Shown here one piece after another: positions 52,301 through 61,300 of a stretch of 64,000 bases of DNA (within the stretch, counting starts at the first letter, position 1; each line of letters opens with the position of its first letter). The notes under the pieces are model-generated. The model was not told the DNA's origin. It saw nothing but the letters and a program-made list of their open reading frames with translations, and made no database searches. The stretch spans positions 2,440,424 through 2,504,423 of the forward strand of contig OZ242177.1 of the NCBI GenBank assembly GCA_965205795.1. Reading direction: 5' to 3'. The translations under genes and the position numbers were made by a program. This stretch comes from Nitrospirales bacterium (GTDB lineage: Bacteria > Nitrospirota > Nitrospiria > Nitrospirales > UBA8639).

Positions 52301-55300
52301 CGCCGACGCAGACCGTTGGCGAAGAGACCATTGTGACGCTGACCGGCACTGGCGATGACGTGGATGCCGGCGACATGTTGCGCTATCGGTGGACACAGAG
52401 CGATTTTGAGCTTGCCGACCCCACGGCTGTCACGCGGCAGGTCACGCTGACCAACGCGGACACCGCCACCGCCACCTTCACCGCGCCCAATTTCATCGAG
52501 CCCACGCCCCTGACGTTCACGCTGACCGTCGCCGATGTGCATAGCTCCGGCGTCACCGCCACGGTGATCGTCACCGTGACCGCGAACGACGACCCGGTGC
52601 GCATCGGCGGCGAGCAGACCGGCAGTGTCACCGAAGACGGGGCGACGTTGGCGCGGGGCGAGTTGACGATCCGTGATCCGGATGGCCACGACCGCTTCCG
52701 GGCCCAGACGGCCGTGGCCGGCGACTATGGCACGCTGGCGAGCCTGACCGCCCCCGGCGTGTGGGTCTACGTGCTGAACAACAATGACGATGTCGTGCAG
52801 AACCTGCGGGCGACCGACGTGCGCACCGAGACCTTTACCGTGGAGGCCGAGGACGACACCCGCGTGATCCTCACCATCACCGTCACCGGCGCCAATGACG
52901 CGCCGACCGCCACGGGCCGGTTCCGGAGCGACGCGGTGATCATTGACAGCAGCGTCACCGGGGGGAGTGCGGTGAGTCTGGTTGGCACGGGCACCGACCG
53001 GGATACCGGCGAGCAGGAAGCATTGCGCTATCAATGGAGGCAAGTCAGCGGCCAGCCCGACGTCACGCTGACCGACGCGGATATGGCCACCGCCACCTTC
53101 ACCGCGCCGTTGTTGCCCGCGGAGACGACGCTGGTGTTTGAGTTGACGGTCACCGACGGGCAAGCGGCCGCCATTGCGCCGGTGCGCGTGCCCGTGCGGG
53201 CGGCGGACAACAGCCCGGCGGTCTTTAGCGGGACGCGCGGCCGCGTCACCGAAGACGGGGAGCTGACCGCCACCGCCACGCTGACCGTGACCGACGCGGA
53301 CCCGGACGACCCGGAGACCATCCAGGCGCAGGACGACGACCTTGTCGGCACCTATGGCACGTTCACGCTGGACGCCGCGACCGGCGTGTGGAGCTACACA
53401 TTGAATAACGACCTGGGCGCCGTCCAGGGCCTGGCCGCGAACGAGGCCGTGGTTGAGCGGTTTGCCGTGCGGGCCGCGGACGGCACACGGGGCGAGGTCG
53501 TCATCACCGTCAACGGCGCCAACGACGCGCCGACCGCGACCGCCACCGGACCGGCGACGGCCGAGGAGGGTACCACCGTGACCCTGACTGGCACCGGCAG
53601 CGACCCGGATCGGCAAGACCGGTTGCGCTATCAGTGGACGCCGCCCGCCGGCATCCCGACCATCGGGCTTCTCCCCTCCGCGACCTCGGCCATCGTCACC
53701 TTTGTCGCGCCGGAGTTGATCGACGGCACGGATCTGGCGTTCACGCTGACCGTCACCGACCCGTCGGAGGTCACCGCCACCGCCACGGTCACCGTCATGG
53801 TCACGGCGGATGACGATGCGGCGACCTTTGGCGGCACCCGCACCGGCAGTGTCACCGAAAGCAGTGCCACCGAAAACAACGTGCAGAGGAGCCTGGCCTT
53901 TGGCCTGCTGACCGTCACCGACGCGGACGGCCCCAACCGCTTTGCGGCGCAGACCGGCGTGGCCGGCACCTACGGCACGTTCACCCTGTTCGCCACCGGG
54001 AACTGGCGGTACGATCTGGATAACGACCTTTCCGCCACCAATGCCCTGGCCGCGCCCGTTGCGGGCACCGCGCTGGCCACCGAGCGCTTCCTGGTGCGGC
54101 AGGCCACCGAGGACACCATCGGGGGCGCCGAGGACCCGGAGCGTGTGGTCATCACCATCACCGGCGTCAATGACGCGCCGACCGTCCTGGCTGGCGACGA
54201 CCGGATTGTGAGGGAGAACGTTGCGGTGACCCTGACCGGCACGGGCACCGACCCGGAGACCAGCGACACGGCGGCCCTGACCTATGCGTGGACGCAGACC
54301 GGCACGCCGACCGTCACGCTGACCAACGCGGACACCGCCACGGCCACCTTCACCGCGCCCGATTTGACCGAGGATATGCCTCTGACGTTTACGCTGACCG
54401 TGACCGACCCGCAGAGCGCCGAGGGCACGGATACGGTGGTTATCGTGGTGACCGCCCTCGTCAACAGACCGGCGATCATCAGCGGTGACCGGACCGGCAC
54501 CGTGACCGAAGACGCTCCCGCCACTGTCGCCAACGGCCAGCTGGAGGTGTTTGACTCGGACGGCGGCGACAGCACTGACGTCCAGTTACAGGGCGGCCCC
54601 CTCGGCCTCGGCACCTACGGCACCTTTGAGGTGGACACGGACGGCGAGTGGACCTATACGCTGGATAACGCCGACCCCGAGACCAACGCGCTGGCGGGCG
54701 GCGACCGGGGCACTGAGCGGTTCACGGTTGTGACCGGCGACGGCACCGAAGTGCTGGTGGCGATCACCGTCATCGGCGCCGATGATCTCCCGGAGGCGAT
54801 CACCGGCCAGACCACCGGCCGCGTCACCGAAGATGCCGTCGTGGTGGAGACCACCGGCATGCTGGCCGTGACCGACCCGGATGGTCCGGCGGGTGCTGCC
54901 GCGTTCCAGGCGCAGGGGAGCGTCGTGGGTATCTACGGCACGTTCACCCTGGCCGCGAATGGCGAGTGGACCTATACGCTGGATAACGCCGACCCCGAGA
55001 CCAACGCCCTGGCCGCGGACGCCACGGCGACGGACGTCTTTACGGCGGTCGCCGCTGACGACACCGGCCTGACGCAAGTGATCACCATCACCATCACCGG
55101 CGCCGCCGCCCCGGTGGTCGTCGGCGGCCAGCTCACCGGCAGTACGACGGAAGATGAGTTCACCGACGACGGATTCAACGAAATCAACGGCTTCTTGAGC
55201 GCGACGGACCCGGATAACCCCGGATTGAGATACACCTTCCGTCTCGCGCCCGGCGACTTCCAGGGCACCTACGGCACCTTCACCCTCGGCGGCGTTGGCC

Positions 55301-58300
55301 CCCCCCGCTGGCGCTACCGGCTGGACAATGCTGACCCGGACACCGACCTCCTGACCGCGGGTGAGACCGGCACCGACACGTTCACCTTGACGGTGGAAGA
55401 TGCAGACGGAACCCGCATCACCCTGCTCCAGGATGAAGACGGCAACGCCATAGACACGTTAGCCGTCACCATCACCATCGTCGGCACGGATGACCCGCCG
55501 ACGATCAGCGGCGCGCTCACCGGGGCGGTCACGGAAGACAGCGACGAAGACAGGACCACCGGCCTGCTGACCGTGACCGCCGTGGACAACGCTGATCTCG
55601 TCACCGCGTTTACTGAGCAGGCCGATGTCCCCGGCACCTACGGCAGCTTCACGCTGACCGAGGGCGGCGCGTGGACCTATACGCTGGATAACGCCGACCC
55701 CGAGACCAACGCGCTGGCCGCGGGCGTGACGAGGAGCGACGTCTTTACGGTCGTCTTCGCCGCCGACACCAGTGTGACGCAAGCCGTCACCATCACCGTC
55801 ACCGGGGCCAATGACGCGCCGACCGCCGACGCGGGTGCCTCCCAGTCCGTGTTTGTCGGCGACACGGTCACGCTGGACGGCCGCGGCGGCACCGACCCGG
55901 ATACCGGCGACAGCATTGCCGCCTACACCTGGACGCAAAGCGGCAGCCCGACGGTGACCTTGAGTGACGCCACCGTGGCCCGGCCGACCTTCACGGCGCC
56001 GGACGTGATGAGTGCCACCGCGCTGACCTTTGCGCTGGTGGTCAACGACGGCGAAGCGGATTCAGACCGCGCCGACACCGTCACCATCACCGTCTTCCCG
56101 GGCATCACCGGCGACACGACCGGCATGGTCACAGAAGACGCGACCGTCACCACCGCGACCGGCGTGTTGGACAATCCCATCGGCGGCTTTGAGGCCCAGG
56201 CCGGCGCCTCCGACCGGGCCAACGGGCAGGGCGCCTACGGCCGCTTCACCCTGGTCACCGGCGGGGCGTGGACCTATACGCTGGATAACGCCGCCGCCGC
56301 CACCGACGCGCTGCCCGCCGGCGCCACGGTGACCGACATCTTTACCGCCGTCTCCAATACGAACGCGGGCGTGACGCAAGCCGTCACCATCACCGTCACC
56401 GGCGCCAATGACGCGCCGACCGCGCTGCCCGGCGACGACCGGACCGTGCCCCAGGAGGCCATGGTGAATCTGAGCGGCCGCGGCACTGACCCGGACACCG
56501 GCGACCAGGCGGAGTTGACCTATGCGTGGACACAGACCGGTGGCACGCCGACCGTCACCCTCGCCCCCGCCCCCGGGGCCCCCGCCACCGGGGTCACCTT
56601 CACCGCGCCCATGGTGATGGATGACACGACCCTGACGTTCACGCTGACCGTGACCGACCGGCAGGGCGCCGCGGACACCGCCCCCGTGATGGTCACCATT
56701 GATGCGGACAGCACGGCCTCCGACATCACCGGCGACATTTTCGGTTTCGTCACCGAAGACGCGGAGACCGCCACCGCCACCGGCATCCTGACCGTGACGG
56801 CCGGCGGCACCGTTGGCGAGTTCCAGGCGCAGCCGATGCAGCCGACGGATCCGCCGGTGGTCGGCGTCTACGGCACCTTCACCCTGGCCGCCACCGGCGC
56901 GTGGACCTACACGCTGGACAACGAGGACATCGACACCGACGCCCTGTCTCTGGGCCCCGAGGAGATCCAGGAGACCTTCCGGGTGGTGGCCGACGACATG
57001 GTCGGCACCCCGGTGACCGTGACCATCTTTATCAACGGCGCCAACGACCGCCCCACCGTCATGGTTGCGCCGACGCAGACCGTTGGCGAAGAGACCATTG
57101 TGACGCTGACCGGCACTGGCGATGACGTGGATGCCGGCGACATGTTGCGCTATCGGTGGACACAGAGCGATTTTGAGCTTGCCGACCCCACGGCTGTCAC
57201 GCGGCAGGTCACGCTGACCAACGCGGACACCGCCACCGCCACCTTTACCGCGCCCAATTTCATCGAGCCCACGCCCCTGACCTTCACGCTGACCGTCGCC
57301 GATGTGCATAGCTCCGGCGTCACCGCCACGGTGATCGTCACCGTGGACGCGGACAATGACCCGGTACTCATCGGCGGCGAGCAGACCGGCAGCGTCACCG
57401 AAGACGGGGCGGTGTTGGCGCGGGGCGAGTTGACGATCCGTGATCCGGATGGCCACGACCGCTTCCGGGCCCAGACGGCCGTGGCCGGCGCCTATGGCAC
57501 GCTGGCGAGCCTGACCGCCCCCGGCGTGTGGGTCTACGCGCTGAACAACAATGACGAAGTCGTGCAGAACCTGCGGGCGACCGACGTGCGCACCGAGACC
57601 TTCACCGTGCAGGCCGAGGACAACACCCCCGTGATCCTCACCATCACCGTCACCGGCGCCAATGACGCGCCGACCGCCACGGGCCGGTTCCGGAGCGACG
57701 CGCTGATCATTGACAGCAGCGTCATTGGGGGGAGTGCGGTGAGTCTGGTCGGCACGGGCACCGACCGGGATACCGGCGAGCAGGAAGCATTGCGCTATCA
57801 ATGGAGGCAAGTCAGCGGCCAGCCCGACGTCCTGCTGACCGCCGCGGACACCGCCACCGCCACCTTCACCGCGCCGTTGTTGCCCGCGGAGACGACGCTG
57901 GTGTTTGAGTTGACGGTCACCGACGGGCAAGCGGCCGCCATTGCGCCGGTGCGCGTGCCCGTGCGGGCGGCGGACAACAGCCCGGCGGTCTTTAGCGGGA
58001 CGCGCGGCCGCGTCACCGAAGACGGGGAGCTGACCGCCACCGCCACGCTGACCGTGACCGACGCGGACCCGGACGACCCGGAGACCATCCAGGCGCAGGA
58101 CGACGACCTTGTCGGCGCCTATGGCACGTTCACGCTGAACGCCGCGACCGGCGTGTGGAGCTACACATTGAATAACGACCTGGGCGCCGTCCAGGGCCTG
58201 GCCGCGAACGAGGCCGTGGTTGAGCGGTTTGCCGTGCGGGCCGCGGACGGCACGCGGGGCGAGGTCGTCATCACCGTCAACGGCGCCAACGACGCGCCGA

Positions 58301-61300
58301 CCGCGACCGCCACCGGACCGGCGACGGCCGAGGAGGGTACCACCGTGACCCTGACCGGCACCGGCACCGACCCGGATCGGCAAGACCGGTTGCGCTATCA
58401 GTGGACGCCGCCCGCCGGCATCCCGACCATCGGGCTTCTCCCCTCCGCGACCTCGGCCCGCATCACCTTTGTCGCGCCGGAGTTGATCGACGGCACGGAT
58501 CTGACGTTCACGCTGACCGTCACCGACCCGTCGGAGGTCACCGCCACCGCCATGGTCACCGTCATGGTCACGGCGGAGAACGATGCGGCGGTCTTTGGCG
58601 GCACCCACACCGGCAGTGTCACCGAAAGCAGTGCCACCGAAAACAACGCGCAGAGGAGCCTGGCCTTTGGCCTGCTGACCGTCACCGACTCGGACGGCCC
58701 CAACCGCTTTGCGGCGCAGACCGGCGTGGCCGGCACCTACGGCACGTTCACCCTGTTCGCCGCCGGGAACTGGCGGTACGATCTGGATAACGACCTTTCC
58801 GCCACCAATGCCCTGGCCGCGCCCGTTGCGGGCACCGACCTGGCCACCGAGAGCTTCCCGGTGCAGCAGGCCACCGAGGGCGCCACCGAGGGCACCGTTG
58901 ACCCGGCGGGTGTGGTCATCACCATCACCGGCGTCAATGACGCGCCGACCGTCCTGGCTGGCGATGACCGGATTGTGAGGGAGAACGTTGCGGTGACCCT
59001 GACCGGCACGGGCACCGACCCGGAGACCAGCGACACGGCGGCCCTGACCTATGCGTGGACGCAGACCGGCGGCACGCCGACCGTCACGCTGACCAACGCG
59101 GACACCGCCACGGCCACCTTCACCGCGCCCGATTTGACCGCGAACACAGACCTGACGTTTACGCTGACCGTGACCGACCCGCAGAGCGCCGAGGGCACGG
59201 ATACGGTGGTCATCGTGGTGACCGCCCTCGTCAACAGACCGGCGATCATCAGCGGTGACCGGACCGGCACCGTGACCGAAGACGCTCCCGCCACTGTCGC
59301 CAACGGCCAGCTGGAGGTGTTTGACTCGGACGGCGGCGACAGCACTGACGTCCAGTTACAGGGCGGCCCCCTCGGCCTCGGCACCTACGGCACCTTTGAG
59401 GTGGACACGGACGGCGAGTGGACCTATACGCTGGATAACGCCGACCCCGAGACCAACGTGCTGGCGGGCGGCGACCGGGGCACTGAGCGGTTCACGGTTG
59501 TGACCGGCGACGGCACCGAAGTGCTGGTGGCGATCACCGTCATCGGCGCCGATGATCTCCCGGAGGCGATCACCGGCCAGACCACCGGCCGCGTCACCGA
59601 AGATGCCGACGTGGTGGAGACCACCGGTACGCTGGCCGTGACCGACCCGGATGGTCCGGCGGGTGCTGCCGCGTTCCAGGCGCAGGGGCGCGTCGTGGGT
59701 ATCTACGGCACGTTCACCCTGGCCGCGAATGGCGAATGGACCTATACGCTGGATAACGCCGACCCCGAGACCAACGCCCTGGCCGCGGACGCCACGGCGA
59801 CGGACGTCTTTACGGCGGTCGCCGCTGACGACACCACCCTGACGCAAGTGATCACCATCACCATCACCGGCGCCGCCGCCCCGGTGGTCGTCGGCGGCCA
59901 GCTCACCGGCAGTACGACGGAAGATGAGTTCACCGACGACGGATTCAACGAAATCAACGGCTTCTTGAGCGCGACGGACCCGGATAACCCCGGATTGAGA
60001 TACACCTTCCGTCTCGCGCCCGGCGACTTCCAGGGCACCTACGGCACCTTCACCCTCGGCGGCGTTGGCCCCCCCCGCTGGCGCTACCGGCTGGACAATG
60101 CTGACCCGGACACCGACCTCCTGACCGCGGGTGAGACCGGCACCGACACGTTCACCTTGACGGTGGAAGATGCAGACGGAACCCGCATCACCCTGCTCCA
60201 GGATGAAGACGGAAACGCCATAGACACGTTGGCCGTCACCATCACCATCGTCGGCGCCAATGACGCGCCGACCGCCGACGCGGGCAACGCCCAGACCGTG
60301 CCCCGGAACGCCATGGTGAATCTGATCGGTAGCGGCACCGACACGGAAACCGGCGATGCGGCGGCGCTGACCTATGCGTGGACGCAGATCGACATCACGC
60401 CCGGCGTCACGCCCGGCGTCACGCTCGACCCGACCGGGCTCGCCTCATCGGTCACCTTCATAGCACCCCCGGTCACCGAGGACACGCCCCTGACGTTTGA
60501 GCTGACCGTGACCGACCCGCAGGGCGCCACGGGCACCGACACCGTGCGCATCACCATTGATGCGGACCGCACGGCGTCCATCATCAGCGGCGACTTTGCC
60601 GGCACCGTCACCGAAGACGTGGAGCCGAACACCGCCACCGGCATGCTGACCGCGACGGCCGAGGACACCATGCGCGATTTCGTGCCCCAGACCGTGCCGG
60701 GCACCTACGGCAGCTTCATGCTGGCCGCCACTGGCACGTGGACCTACACGCTGGACAACACGCCGGGCAGCGCCACCGACGCTCTGCCGATGGACAGCGC
60801 ACGCACTGAGCAATTCCCGGTGGCGGACATTGACAGCAGCCCGGCGCTGGTGAACATCACGGTCACCGGCGCCAATGACCCGCCGACCGCCGATGCCGGC
60901 AACGCCTTCAGCGTTGACGAAGGCGATCCGGTCACGCTGGACGGCAGCGGCTCCAGCGACCCGGATGTCGACGAGGGAATGGCCCTGACCTATCAGTGGA
61001 CGCCGGTCGCCGGCACGCCGACCGTCACGCTCACTGATGCCGATACCGCCACGCCCGGCTTCACCGCGCCCGCAGTAGACGAGGACGCGATCCTGACATT
61101 CATACTGACGGTCACCGACCCGCAGCGCGTCACGGACACCGCCACGGTGGCCGTCACCGTGCGTGCGCTGCCGGTCGTCACTCTGGTGCTGACCCCGCCC
61201 GCGATCACCCAGAGCGGCGGCGTGAGCACCGTCACGGCCAGGCTGGACCAGGCCTCGTCCGCGCCGACCACGGTGACCGTCAGTGCGGCCCCGGTCAGCC

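Larger units (their letters stand above)
50722..61170 (+). repeat. VCBS / PKD-like array (~33 domains): leader di-domain, two tandem 4.77-kb units (iii ~51336-56102, iv ~56103-60254) and a 0.9-kb tail homologous to 10672-11580
   Basis: ITGDTTGMVTEDATVTTATGVLDNPIGGFEAQAGASDRANGQGAYGRFTL occurs at 51336 and 56103. Shadow ORFs repeat with an offset of 4767-4770 nt. The tail reads GANDAPTADAGNAQTVPRNAMVNLIGSGTDTETGDAAALTYAWTQ... Confidence 0.85.

Noticed and set aside
396-59842. Plus-strand ORFs in frames +2 and +3 (for example 6120..6641, 26895..27182, 45381..45770, 58401..58790).
   Set aside because: These are Arg/His/Pro-rich nonsense translations fully embedded in the open +1 frame. None is in the frame that carries the domain motifs.
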